A DNA stretch of 63,805 nucleotides, counting the filler, from Neoconidiobolus thromboides FSU 785 (Eukaryota; Fungi; Entomophthoromycota), in assembly GCA_025603075.1 (NCBI GenBank). It is 7 parts of 7 records of this genome, joined end to end, with 100 filler letters (N's around TTAATTAATTAA, not from the genome) between each part and the next. Parts side by side here need not be neighbours in the genome. Positions count along the whole stretch, not along the records: positions 21,767 to 45,171 come from MU626528.1; positions 45,272 to 47,523 come from MU626864.1; positions 47,624 to 57,149 come from MU626659.1; 4 more parts are not named here. One strand, written 5' to 3'. Within the stretch, counting starts at the first letter, position 1. Every line of letters begins with the position of its first letter. Under the pieces are notes generated by a model. The model worked only from the letters and a program-made list of their open reading frames with translations, did no database searches and was not told the origin of the DNA. Below are positions 41,330-53,866 of this stretch, piece by piece. A program made the translations under genes and the position numbers.

Positions 41330-42420
41330 GAAAAGAGGAACAAAAAGTATATAAAATCTTGAATTAATGATTTGATACTACAAAATTCAATTTCTTTTAC
41401 AAACTCACATTGAATTAACTTACGCTTACCAATATTATTGTAATATTGAGGATTTGTAAAATTACTATTATCTAAATCAAAAAATTTGAGTCGAAAGGTA
41501 TTATGAGAACTCTCCATATCAAAAACCAAATGATTGAAATAAACTTTTTTAATATTTGATGTTGATAAAATAGTTAATAATGCTTCTTTTGATAATATCT
41601 GACTAAACGTGTTTTGACTCTAATGATTCTCTAAAATTATGGTCATATATCTCTGAGATAACGTAATCTAAGATAAAGAAATTGGCTTTTATAATTATAT
41701 TAGAGTTAAATTAATAATAATACCTTATACTATTATTTCGTGTCTATTTTTTTTACGTCATCGAAACAATTAAAATCAAAAAGACCTTAATACATCCATA
41801 TAATTCTAATTTCAATTGTAAATCGAAATTCAAGTTAACATCAAACCCAAATAGCAGTTCAACAAATTCTGAATCTAAGCTTAATAGTTCTAATTTATGG
41901 AATCTTCTTAACTCTATCTAATTCATCAAGCTCCAAATAATACCCTAAGTACAATTTGAATACTTTTGATTTTTCTGAATTTAACATGTCAAAAATATCA
42001 AAAATATTCTCCTAGTTCTTTCAATTTCTGCAAATTCAAATTGTTTAATTAATTTTTGAAAAATTCTAAACTAGTCCAGCAAAAGTATTTATAGGACATA
42101 ATTTTAACTTTTTTAAATTTGCAAGATCAAGTGTTGGGGGATTTCCTCATGGTCACCACGTAGGAAGTCATATAAACAATAAACTGAAGTTATGTTTGGA
42201 AAGCTATCCAGTAACTCATTTACATTTAAATATAAATTCAAATGCTTCATCATTGGTCCATTTTCTATAATAAATGTGCTTTGGTATTGTTCAATTATTT
42301 GTTTCCGCCTGAGGTATTGGAAATGGTATTGTATAGATAATAACTCAAATTGTACTTGATAATTTTGTTAACAATGGGGTTGTTTGAATTAGCTTCATTA
42401 TTTTATCAAATTTTTAAAAA
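41330..42420 (-). pseudogene. Degraded coding remnant, possibly LRR/F-box-like
   Basis: Broken frames such as LDLANLKKLKLCP, LNLQKLKELG and FHKLELLSLDSE; many stops. Confidence 0.3.
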
Positions 42421-42765
42421 ATATGTATTAAAAACTTTACTTAAAATTCTATAAAATCAAATGTTTTATTAAAACAAAAGTACCCGAACACAGTTCTAAA
42501 TCATTCTATTATAGTTTATACTATAAGTTAGTTGGATTTCTACTAGATCTTAAATACATATTCTTATGAAACTTTATTGAGAAATATTTATTATTGACCA
42601 TTTTATAACCAACATTGTAGATTTGTTTGATAACAAATAAACTATTCCGATGTCATAATTACATTATCAATATATTGCCAAGTTAATAAATAGCTGCATA
42701 CGAGGGAGTGGTTAGCCCCAAAACTATGATTAACCATCTCTGTATAGTACAAGTAATAATAGTTT

Positions 42766-43971
42766 TTACATATTATTACAGCTACTTGTTCTTTGACTAT
42801 TTATTAACTTAGCTATTAATAATATATTTCTATCATTCAACAAACTACTTACTTGCTTAGTAAATATCGAAAATTTTAAATTCTCTGTTATCTTCGTAAG
42901 GTAAGCTGGGATTGATCTTTTAATTTTTCTATTTTCTATAGACTCTATAACTTTAATTGGAACTATATCGCTTTTTTTTGATGTATCAGATATTGGATAA
43001 CAATGTAGTTTATTGTTATCTTTGATAAAGTGTAAATACTTCTTAATACCTTGCATCTCTGTTATTCTTTTTGTATTTTTGTTTCTTTTATACTTTTTAA
43101 AAATTACATCTGTTTTCCCATTATTAATAGTCGAGTTATTAATTTTATTATGCTCGCAAATAAAAGCCTGAAATCTTGAAATTAACTGATTGATATATTC
43201 TATTTTACCTAGTGCTTCAAAGCTACTTTTCCATTTTGAGAGATTTCCAAAATGTCCACCAACTATACTTTTTCCATGATGCTCAACAAAAAAATTAAGG
43301 TTAATATTTAAACTGCTATTTATTTTATGAATTTCTTTGAACATATAATGTAGGAGCCCTTGTGATCTAAAATGATTTCCTGTATCTGCCCATATATTAG
43401 TTTTTGTAAACTTTTTAAATAAAAGCTCTATAGAGATTAAATCGATTAAACAATCTCCTGCATATGCTGAATCATGATTTAATACTCCAGATAAATAATC
43501 GAAGTAAACTTTGCCTATTGTTTCATCATCTTTTAAATATAATACACCAAAACCTAATACTGATATAGCTTGTTTATTATAATATCTAAATTTATTGAAT
43601 CTGATCTTGTTCCTATTTCCATATTTTGTTTAAAATCTAAAATTATTATATAACTTTTATTGCTTAATTTTTTAATAGTTTCATTAAATGTGTTTTTTTG
43701 AGCATCAACGCAGAATTTATGTAATTTGCATAATTTTTCTTCATTGAAAATTTCTTCAATCTCTACTTTGTTTTTTATTGCTGTATTTATTTTATTTTCA
43801 AATAACTTTTTTCTAACTGTATACTGAGTACATATATGACATAAATCCGTTTTTCTTGCTGGATTTTTGAAATTACTTGGTATGTATTTAAAAAATGTTG
43901 ACCTAGCTACTGCTTTATCTTTTAAATCATTAAAATATTTACTGTATATCATTCTTCTACTTTTATTTAGT
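42766..43971 (-). pseudogene. DNA-transposon transposase pseudogene (Sola-like DDD type), frameshifted near 43585 and interrupted by a MITE
   Basis: TDLCHIC, IILDFKQN, frameshift, YYNKQAISVLGF, HDS, WADTGNHF, FFVEHHGKSIVGGHFG (expected D is G). Confidence 0.6.
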
Positions 43972-44062
43972 ATATGGGAATGTTTTTTTTGGTTTCATTA
44001 CTTTCTCCATTTTTTAAGCGCTATTTGAACAGAAAAATTGTTAGTAAAATTCTTAAACACAA
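43972..44062 (-). mobile_element. MITE family 1, one end truncated, inserted at a TA in the transposase ORF
   Basis: Frame ILNKSRRMIYSK is open up to the element's TA. Confidence 0.8.
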
Positions 44063-44316
44063 GGACCTGTCTTCACAAACTAAATAGTGTATACAGTAAA
44101 TTCAATGTGATGAAAGAAACATGTAGGATAACTTTTTTAACCACTGATCGTTGATTTTATGCTTTGATTCTTTATTTTTAATAAAATATTATTCATAGTC
44201 TAAATGCTTTTCTCTTTAATTATATTTGAACGAGTTTTTTTAGAATAGTATGGATTTTATTGATCTTCGCCTTAATACTTTTTTCTTTAACTAGATGTAA
44301 AAAAATAGTACTTAAT

Positions 44317-44414
44317 ATATAGGGATGTATTTTTTAAGAATTTTACTAACAATTTTTCTGTTCAAATAGCGCTCAAAAAATGGAAAAGATACTAAAAAAA
44401 ATATATCCCCATAT
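44317..44414 (+). mobile_element. MITE family 1 copy
   Basis: ATATAGGGATGTATTT...TACTAAC...AAATAGCGC...TCCCCATAT. Confidence 0.82.
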
Positions 44415-44721
44415 AATATAAAAGTTTTATGTAATTAAAATCTCTCATTAAAATCTTACATTAATATGTATACTTCACTATCATGGTTATGAATACGAAA
44501 AGAAACTATGGAATTCTCTTTAAAGTTCTAAAAGAACTCTTAAAACAAGTAACTAATATAAAATCAGTTTAATAAAGCAATCATTGAAACAGTAGAATAT
44601 GATAGCGATAACAGCATATGAAGTATAAATAAGTTTTCTAATTGATAGCTTTTTAATAGTGATGATAAACAAAAATAAAAAATGATTTCAAATATCAAAA
44701 TATAAGAAATTTTTAATTAAA

Positions 44722-45171
44722 TCAAAGTGATTGGTTTTGAACCAAAGATGTATAGAAACCATTAAGCGCTAAAAGCTCATCATGAGTGCCCATTTCTACT
44801 TTTTTACCATCTTTCATAACAATAATTATATCGGCATCTTGGATAGTGGATAAACGATGGGCAATGGTAATTGTAGTTCTACCTTCTGAAGCTTTATCCA
44901 AAGCATCTTGCACAACTTTTTCAGATTGGGAGTCCAAAGCAGAGGTAGCTTCATCTAACAATAGTAATTTTGGATTACGAATAAGTGCTCTAGCAATAGC
45001 TATTCTTTGTTTTTGACCACCTGAAAGTCTACCACCACGTTCACCACATGAAGTGTCATAACCATCTGGAAGATCCATGATAAAATCATGTGCATTAGCC
45101 ATTTTAGCTACATGGATAATTTCTTCTTTTGTGACATCTCTTTCTACTCCGTAAGCGATATTATCCATAAC
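44722..45171 (-). CDS. ABCB/MDR transporter C-terminal fragment, close paralog of 21767-22201
   Basis: Same motifs; 4 amino-acid differences over the shared 144 aa. Confidence 0.93.
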   Translation of the reverse strand, partial: VMDNIAYGVERDVTKEEIIHVAKMANAHDFIMDLPDGYDTSCGERGGRLSGGQKQRIAIARALIRNPKLLLLDEATSALDSQSEKVVQDALDKASEGRTTITIAHRLSTIQDADIIIVMKDGKKVEMGTHDELLALNGFYTSLVQNQSL

Positions 45172-45271
45172 NNNNNNNNNNNNNNNNNNNNNNNNNNNNN
45201 NNNNNNNNNNNNNNNTTAATTAATTAANNNNNNNNNNNNNNNNNNNNNNNNNNNNNNNNNNNNNNNNNNNN
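45172..45271. other. Artificial contig linker
   Basis: 44 N + TTAATTAATTAA + 44 N. Confidence 0.97.
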
Positions 45272-45366
45272 TTTATCACTTTTAACTGCCCTTTCTTATT
45301 CTTTTCATGATATCTAGCTTAAATTTTAGTTTTAATATATTTCAACTATTATCTACAAGTGTAAAA
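45272..45366 (+). repeat. 95-nt inverted terminal repeat of contig C (left)
   Basis: Exact reverse complement of 47429-47523. Confidence 0.95.
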
Positions 45367-45497
45367 AGTAATTAAAACATACTTTTATATACACTATATT
45401 CAGCACAGTTAGCTTAAGAAAGAACTCAAATCAGCTTATTGAATTCTCTTTAGGATAGTTACAATGGGTTGAAAAGAATGTATGTCATTGTTTTAAT

Positions 45498-45600
45498 TGG
45501 GGATATATTTTTGTATTCAAGAGTTTTACTAACAATTTTTCTACTTAAATAGCACTTAAAAGATGGAAAAAGTAATGAAGCCAAAAAAATACTTCCATGT
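45498..45600 (+). mobile_element. MITE family 1 copy
   Basis: TGGGGATATATTT...TACTAAC...AAATAGCAC...TTCCAT. Confidence 0.8.
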
Positions 45601-45798
45601 TTTTTCTGAGCATTTTTGATACTTTAAAAAGGTTGCTTAGTTAATAAAATTTTGAAATATAAAAAAACATTATTATATTATCAATCTATGTTCATAAACA
45701 ATCTATTTAACAGATCATGTATATTGTAAGATAGCTATTTTTGGCATAATCAAAACCAAGTACTTTGAAATGATAATTAATTCCCGAAATTAAAAATA

Positions 45799-45871
45799 TG
45801 GAGTAGCAGGGTTTCGATCCCCGTGCCCCTCGCATGCAAAGCGAGTACTCTACCGATTGAGCTACTACCCC
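45799..45871 (-). tRNA. tRNA-Ala: tRNA-Ala(UGC), 73 nt, intronless
   Basis: GGGGTAG/CTACTCC acceptor stem with G3:U70, anticodon arm CTCGC-TTTGCAT-GCGAG, T-loop GATCGAAA. Confidence 0.95.
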
Positions 45872-46148
45872 ATTAAGGCTATCAATAACTGTTTTAAAAT
45901 TATATATATTATTAATTAAAAGAACAAGTATGGTATTTGATTATAGATATATCAATAACGTTAAAGTATAAGTAATGTAATAAATTACACTAAATTATAG
46001 ATATAGCTTTGATTTTCAAAAAATACCTATATCATGATCTATCTATATATTTAATAAGTTTCTAAAGTCAGCTATTGTATTTGCTTAAAATTGTTTATAA
46101 TTTGAAATAAAGCTTAAATTAAAATTGACTGCAAAACAATATGGGAAT

Positions 46149-46255
46149 ATATAGGAGTGTTTTTTTTGACTTCATTATTTCTTCCATTTTTTAAGCGCTA
46201 TTTAAGCGGAAAATTTGTTAGTAAAATCCTTAAACATAAAAATACATCCTCATAT
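46149..46255 (-). mobile_element. MITE family 1 copy
   Basis: Near-consensus; preceded by an extra ATGGGAAT TIR fragment. Confidence 0.85.
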
Positions 46256-46273
46256 TTTTTGTTTAAAATTATA

Positions 46274-46344
46274 CTAATAATTTTTCCACTCAAGTAACGC
46301 TTAAAAGATAAAAAAAATAATGAAACCAAAAATCATCCCCATAT
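46274..46344 (+). mobile_element. MITE family 1 partial copy, inverted relative to 46149-46255
   Basis: TTTTTCCACTCAAG...TGAAACCAAAAATCATCCCCATAT. Confidence 0.7.
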
Positions 46345-47428
46345 ATTGATAGTATTACTAAAGTGATGTAAAGTGACAATAATTGAATAAAAAAATATTA
46401 AAGTTAAAAAAGGCACACATATATCTTTAACCAAAATGAAGAGCAAGATATTGGCGTGAGTGCTCTTAGTTTTTACGTAGTATTTTTTATACAAAGACTA
46501 ACAGCCTTCATATTAAGGTCAAAATCCTTGCTAAATGAAGTTTATTAACTACTTGAAAAAAGAGCAAAAAATAATTTATATAATTGTTTCAAAATCTGAG
46601 ATTATTTACTAAATAATTATAACAATTATTTGTAAAATTTAGATATAGCTTTAGTATTAGTGTAATATTCATATATTATAATAATGTGGCAATAAATAAA
46701 GATTGTTTGTTTTACTTATTTGAGAATTACTTAGTGAAGAAACTATTGATATTATATTTAATAGCATCAAACTGTTCGAAACAAGTGAAAATTAAAGCTA
46801 CAATGAAATTACTTAACTTTTTTTTCAAGCCTTGTTTTTCAACCAGCCCTTAGGTCATCTGTTGTTACTATAATAAATCATTAACTGAAGATGTTTCAAC
46901 TTCAAATCCTGCTGTAACCACACTACCTACCTTGGATTACCCATGTATGAACCATAACATGAATCTGTAAAATGCAGTCTTATCGTATTTGAGGCTGGAA
47001 ATTTTGAATTCGATTTGCTTCCAACAACCAAATAATCTTTTTTTGCTTTCTTCTTAACCTTAACTTTTAAATCTTTATTTTATTGCATTTTCTCAATAGT
47101 AAAAATACTCGAGACCTATTTCCTTTATTTTTTTTTAAAGTAGCTTAATTTAATATATTCTATAAATGTTTATGACTATAAAAAAACTAATTAAAGTGAT
47201 TGTAATTCTTATAAATACATTACTAATTTAAAATGAATTAAATCAACCTTAAATCAACCTTAAATCAACTTTTAAATAAAACCTTCACTTTTATATTGAT
47301 AGCTTTTTTATAATGTAATAGTATTTTTAATACGGTACTATCTTAAGCTCAAAACATAACATATAAATAAAGTGTGATTACATCTTAGTATAAGTATATA
47401 TAATTATATACTTAATCTTTACATTTAC

Positions 47429-47523
47429 TTTTACACTTGTAGATAATAGTTGAAATATATTAAAACTAAAATTTAAGCTAGATATCATGAAAAGAATAAG
47501 AAAGGGCAGTTAAAAGTGATAAA
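47429..47523 (-). repeat. 95-nt inverted terminal repeat of contig C (right)
   Basis: Exact reverse complement of 45272-45366. Confidence 0.95.
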
Positions 47524-47623
47524 NNNNNNNNNNNNNNNNNNNNNNNNNNNNNNNNNNNNNNNNNNNNTTAATTAATTAANNNNNNNNNNNNNNNNNNNNN
47601 NNNNNNNNNNNNNNNNNNNNNNN
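47524..47623. other. Artificial contig linker
   Basis: 44 N + TTAATTAATTAA + 44 N. Confidence 0.97.
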
Positions 47624-48115
47624 CCCAATTGATCCTTGAAGTTTATGAATTGGTATACAATACATCCCCGATGCCATTAACCTTGTATTTCCTTTAAGTG
47701 AAGCTGTTATAAATATAGCCAATATAAAAGCAATGATTATAATTGAAGCAACAGTTGACGTGCTGTTTTTTACTGCTCTCATTTTTACAATAGTTAAATA
47801 TCTTACTATTGATAGTTGGGATGCTAAACCTAAAGCAACAATAACTGAGGAGTCAAATAACATAGAACTAATCAAGCACCAATCACCATATACAAAAGTC
47901 AAAGGTGTTGTTGAAATCCATTCAATAAGTTGAGATATTATTGTAAATGCTGAAACAAAGGCATCAAAAAAAGCAATTAATCCTATCAATTGAGAGTCAA
48001 TCGCCCTTTTTCTTTTATCTCTTGTTACTGTAATCCAAATCACTAAGCTGTTTAAAGTAAATGCTAAAAGAGCTACACAAAACACTACTATTTTAAAAGC
48101 TGGATTTAATTCCAT
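47624..48115 (-). CDS. Class-A (rhodopsin)-like GPCR, TM1-TM4, 3'-truncated at contig edge
   Basis: LNSLV, LIAFFD, SIVRYLTIV, LMASGMYC; paralog of the two receptors below. Confidence 0.8.
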
Positions 48116-50836
48116 TTCATTGACCCTTGATTTCTATTATTTTATTAAAAAAGATAAAAGATAAGATATGTAAAACCAACTTTCAATAAATAATTTGAGT
48201 ATTATTGTACCTGATTTGATAATAATATATGATTTAAATTAAGTTCAAATTAGAACTAAAATAATAACTTATTACTAGCATTTTATCTTAGTTACTTTTT
48301 CGAATGATTTATATACATATGTCGACACAAAATAACGAGTTACTTTAATACGTTTTAAAATGATAATTTTAATTTATCACAATCCAAAGGATGTGTGTTA
48401 TGTTGTATTTAACTTTAGTTTATATAACGTATAATGATCTTAATTTTATTCATATTTGTTCCCTAGTAAGTTCAATTTCCTTTTTAAGAAATTAAAATCA
48501 TCTTTATATTCAATTATAACGTTATTTTAACAAAACTACAACAATAATACGAGATTCAAAGCAGGTAAGAGTAGTTACTAAAATTTTTACTGATAAATTG
48601 TCCTGGTTTTATATAGAAGCACGTAAATTGTATTTTTATTTATATTTCTTGCTTTCTTACAGCTTTAAGTTAACTATAGCTTTTTTAATCAAAAATTTGG
48701 AAAATCCCGTGGTGTTCATTTTAATAAAAGTAGTAAACGTTTAAAGAAGTATGACATGATTGACCTTTTGAAAATCAAATTACTCTAAAGAAAGTAATAA
48801 GCCTATTTTTTGTTCTACTCATAGTTGTTTTCACTTACAGTAGCCACAAATTGCTCCAATGGTTATAGGAAGTCACCTTTTAAAATTAATAAAAAATAAA
48901 AAATATATAAAATTCACCTTTCATAACGGTTTGAGTAGGATTTATATTAAAATCGGTGACTAAAAATATATATTTTTTAGACGACTCATCGAAAAGGGTA
49001 AATAGTAATTTTATTTAAAGGAAGATAAAGCCTTATAAAAGTAGACAAAAGTAGAGTTTAATCACAGTCAAGGGGGAATCTTAAGGAGCTGGAGCAATAA
49101 GTTTTTTTAGGCCCTGGTTGAGAGAACTAGGGGGTATTTTAATTCCCGTTTGATTAGGGTCTTCTATTCAAAGGAGAACGCTAGGATAGCAAAATGGCTC
49201 TATATTTTTGAAATCAAGGTAATAAAAGGTTATATACAGGATCCATATCACCGATTAAAAGTATATTGAGACGATTTGTAGATTTTTATGTGAAGATCAT
49301 GAAAGTGAGAAATGTAATTTTTTACAAAATTTGTGTCAAAAAACAAAATAATAAAAAATAACAAAAAACATTAAGCTAAATACTCAATACAAGTAATTAA
49401 CCAAATAGGCTACCAAAAACCATTAATGTAACTATCTGCGGTATTTTATAATGCACTGTATACCATAATCATAGTTTAAATACATAATTAATAATCATGA
49501 TAAAAATTAAATTTTTTAATGGTAACAAAATAAATTTTTAATTTGAATAAATGGACAAAAATGGCAAAAAGTAGTCTAATTGCTTATTAACTTAATGGAC
49601 TTTTATACTTCTATTATATTTCTTAAAGGAAGCAATCCTCTCTTGATAAATAAATTTTTATATAAATACTAGAGATTAAAAGTTTGTTGTACTTTCTCCA
49701 CTCTTGCTATAATGGGTCTTTTATTAAAAAAACAAAGACCTCCAGACTTTGACTTCGTAGAATAAAGTATTAGCGTTGTCTAATACCAGTAATTGAGTTG
49801 TTAATGAGTACTCTGAATTAGGGTAAAAAGAAACAAATAATTGATTTAAATTTATTTATAAACTAGTTGGAAGCTTTTTCAAAAAATATAAAAAATACAG
49901 AACTTAAATAAAATTAATGCTTTGACTTTGAACCAGGGATGCTATCTTAAATAGAGCAACATTACATAAATTTATAATTTGTACACCCTAGTTTTTAAAC
50001 ATCAATTGGTTTTATTTGTATTTGTTAAATATAAGTTAACCACAAAGTAATTGTTTTATTTTAATTAGATTTTCATATTCATTCATTTAATAATTCCCTC
50101 CTTTAAAACATTTATTATCCATTTGAATAATCCACCTCTATTTTTAAAACATCAGAATAAGTTTATGAAATAAACAAAATGTTGTCTCAAATGATCAATT
50201 AACTTTTATACTATGTTTGTACTATTATTGTATTGAAAAACCAACCAATAAATATTAAGATAAGGGTGTTCTCCGATTAATATCAAAGTAACATTAAAAG
50301 TTTACAATATTTCCACTGAAAGGGAAAATAAGTCCAACAATCAAAAATGTTTCAGGTTAAAACCTTAAGGAGTGTTGAAAATAATATGAGAATGACTTGT
50401 TTCATTATTCTTTCTATTTATGCATTCTAAAATTGAGAAAAGCTATTTATAAATTGTTGAAAAAAAAAGACTAGCCCTTAGATTATTCACCATATTTATC
50501 ACATCCCTTTAATTATACTACACTTTAGAAAAACGTGAAGCTCGTGTTTTTATTATAGTAGTTAATTGAGACATTGTTTTATTATAGGTTTACCTAATTA
50601 ACTATGTTTTTTAAAAATTTCTTCAATTTAAAAGTTGAGATGTTTATCAGAAAATACACATAAAATAACACAGAGTAATAGTACACCAATCTGCCTTAAG
50701 AGAATTACTAAATGAAGAGTAAGTCGCATTAAATTGTGATTGATAGATTACATCCGATGAGTTGGGGAAATTTTTAAGATTTAAAAAGAGAGGTGTTAGT
50801 AAAATTAATCTTTTTTAATTAAATTTAGTCTTAACA

Positions 50837-51769
50837 ATGGATATTCTTACCAGTGATAAAGTAGAATTTTCTCTTGCTTTGGCCATTATCGTATTTATTA
50901 TTGGTATAATTTCAATCGCTTTGAATGGATTAGTTGTGTATATCTCCAGTTCAAAAAACAATATAAAATATAAAATAGATTATCAGTTAATTCTTTTAAT
51001 AGCTATTTTTGATATTATTTCATCTCTATTTGTATTAGTATCCCAAACAATAGAATGGAATTCTTCAAACCCATTGGATTTTAGGACAAGCAGTTGGTGT
51101 TTATTGAGCTCAGCTATTTACGTTCCTGCTACAGTTGCTGCATTATGTTTGACAAGTCAGTTAGCAATTATGAGATATTTGGTTATAGTTAAATCACAAA
51201 AAATATCTACCAAGCTTAATGTAGCAATTTTCACTATATTATTATGTACTATATTTTCCATTCTTGTAACTACGTCAGTTTTCCAAAACTTAAAATTAAT
51301 GCCATCTGGTCTTTATTGTATACCAGTTAATAAAGTGACAGGCTCAGCTGGAGACATTATATTTGGAATATTTGGAGTAATATTAGTAGCATCCAATTTT
51401 TTCATCATTCCTATTGCTTATCTGTTTATTTCTTTTCACTATAAAAAAGTAACTGAGAGTTTGAATGTAATTGATAAAAGATACTTAAGTTTTTCACAAA
51501 GATATTCCTCAATTCTTGGATTAGTAGGATTTTCCTTCTTTTACGTAATCTGTCTCCTACCTGAGCTTATTATGATTGCTTTTGAATCTGTCAATAGTCC
51601 CATAATAAACTCGCATGGTATGGATAGCTTTGCCTTCATAATGTTCTTTTTAGTAACAATTTTAAATCCGCTATTTGTTCTAACGCTGCATTCAGAATCC
51701 CGTAGTGAAATATTATCCTTATTTATGACCCATTATCGTGCTTTTAACTCAAGGGTAGAGTTAAAATAA
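50837..51769 (+). CDS. Class-A-like 7TM GPCR, 310 aa, intronless
   Basis: Seven hydrophobic segments; LNGLV, LIAIFD, AIMRYLVIV, LMPSGLYC, YVICLLP, ILNPLFV. Confidence 0.85.
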   Translation: MDILTSDKVEFSLALAIIVFIIGIISIALNGLVVYISSSKNNIKYKIDYQLILLIAIFDIISSLFVLVSQTIEWNSSNPLDFRTSSWCLLSSAIYVPATVAALCLTSQLAIMRYLVIVKSQKISTKLNVAIFTILLCTIFSILVTTSVFQNLKLMPSGLYCIPVNKVTGSAGDIIFGIFGVILVASNFFIIPIAYLFISFHYKKVTESLNVIDKRYLSFSQRYSSILGLVGFSFFYVICLLPELIMIAFESVNSPIINSHGMDSFAFIMFFLVTILNPLFVLTLHSESRSEILSLFMTHYRAFNSRVELK

Positions 51770-52423
51770 ACTAATGTTCCATAATTTTTCTAATATAAAA
51801 TAATATCAATAATTCATGTTTTGTTTTAAAAATAAAAGGTAGTACAAGCTTATTTAAATTAATGTTTTTAAAATTAAAAACTTGTAAAGAGTAATATCAA
51901 TATTGATAAAAATTATTATAGTAGTATCTGGACGCTGAAGTCGAATTGAAATCAAAGTATGTTACATAAATTTGTTATTTTGTTTAAGGATTTTGACTTT
52001 TAATATAAACCTAGTTAACCTTATTGCTTCTGATTGAAACTATCTAAGATTTTTTGATTAGCTTAAAGGAACAACTGTAATAATACTTAAATAAAAAATC
52101 GGGCAGCTATTTATTGAAAAGACTGAAAATTTGTTGATCAAAAAGCAAATATTTTTAGCCCAATTTAAACTTAATCAAAATACCAATGTTCCTAGTTCTA
52201 ATCAGGTTTTTATTTAATAAATAGGAAGCATCATGTTAAGCTGCTCAAATCGTCAAAAAAAACTGGAGGCGCTTTTAAAAACATAATATTAAAAACAAGT
52301 ATCATTTATATGACAGCGAATCTATTTTACTGACATTATTAATGGTGGTTTGCTCCTGTACGATTTAATTTTGTTATTTCCCTCATTTTCACCAAATTCA
52401 ATTGGGATTGAGTTTATTTCATT

Positions 52424-52525
52424 ATATGGGAATATATTTGTGTTTAAGAATTTTACTAATAAATTTTCCGCTCAAACAGTGCTTAAAAAATTGAAAAAAT
52501 ATGAAGTCAAAAAAAACACTCATAT
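52424..52525 (+). mobile_element. MITE family 1 copy
   Basis: TATATGGGAAT...TACTAAT...AAACAGTGC...CACTCATAT. Confidence 0.82.
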
Positions 52526-52820
52526 GTTAGAGCAATTATAGAGCTAACTAATTATATAGCAATGTAAATAGCTTAAGAGACAATAAATATATTTTTAAGA
52601 TTATTTTAAATACATGGCTGATTTATTAAACACTAAAATATGATGAGCTGATAGTTTGTTATTTAAATCTTATACAAGACTCTAGATATCGTTGATTTTA
52701 TTTTATATAGCTATTTTGATTTATACTTGTTCATAATAGTTTATTCACAAAATTGATTGTGGATAAGGTAAGCCTCAAGGAAAGTGATAACAAATACGAT
52801 AATATTGTTCAATTCATTAT

Positions 52821-52921
52821 TTGAAGATGTTTTTTTGGCTTCATTATTTTTTCCATCTTTTAAGTGCTACCTGAGTGGAAAATTTGTTAGCAAAATTCTT
52901 AAATACAAAAATACATCCCAT
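52821..52921 (-). mobile_element. MITE family 1 copy
   Basis: Family core; ends AAATACATCCCA. Confidence 0.8.
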
Positions 52922-53866
52922 TTAATGCTAATTTTTAGAATTTTTAGATAGAATCATCTCAATATTTTCATGAATACTAAGCAATATTTTTAGTTTTTAT
53001 TTTGGGCAATAATATATGAATTTGACTAAGAATTTAGGGATTGCAATAGATCAATTCAAAATTTTAAAAGTTAAGTAGTCAAAGTTTGTATACAAATTAT
53101 TAACAAGTATTATTCTATTATTTAAAATAAAGTAATAACAGGATACAAGTCATGTTGGTCTGTTCTTATGATTGAATATTATTATTGCTAAAAATCAACC
53201 TAATTTTGAATATTATAATATAGTATATTTTTTATATATTAGAAGGCTTTTTAGTTTATGAAATATGTAACAAAATATTTCTTTAATACTACTTTTAAAA
53301 GCATAAGTTAAAAGCAGTTCTAACAGGTTTAATTTAAATTGAAAATTTTTCAAAAAACTAAATATTTTTTGTCTCATCTAATAGCTTCTTTATCTGCTTG
53401 AAACAATATATGATTTACTTTCATTAATACTATTTAGAAGCGATATTATAAATAGTACTTTTCAAATAATAATATATCATTTGTAATAGAAATTTGGATA
53501 CTATTATAATTTCAAATTTATTTAATAAATGTCTTTTCTTAAATTTATAGAAATTCTAAAAAAGTAAAACATGGAAGTCAAAATTGGATGTAAAAGTATT
53601 AGGAATAGATAATAAATAATCGATTTTGAGCATCATTTAAAGCCTTTAAGAATGTATCATAAGCTAAAGGCAATTGTGTTTAGTAAGATAATTCAGTTAC
53701 TTTTTAACTCAAGTGTTAAAGTATTTGAGTATCCTAAATTTATGGACCAAATATCAAAGGAAGGTAGGTATTTTTATATGATATAGATAAAGGAGTTTGT
53801 AAGTTAAAGTGCGTGATTTAAATTTTGTATAAGTTCAACTAAAATTTAAAAATATCAGCCCATATT

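Noticed and set aside
48948-49258. 9-bp inverted match AATCGGTGA/TCACCGATT around a GC-richer 300-bp patch
   Set aside because: Too short to support an element; no TSD, ORF or second copy in the window.
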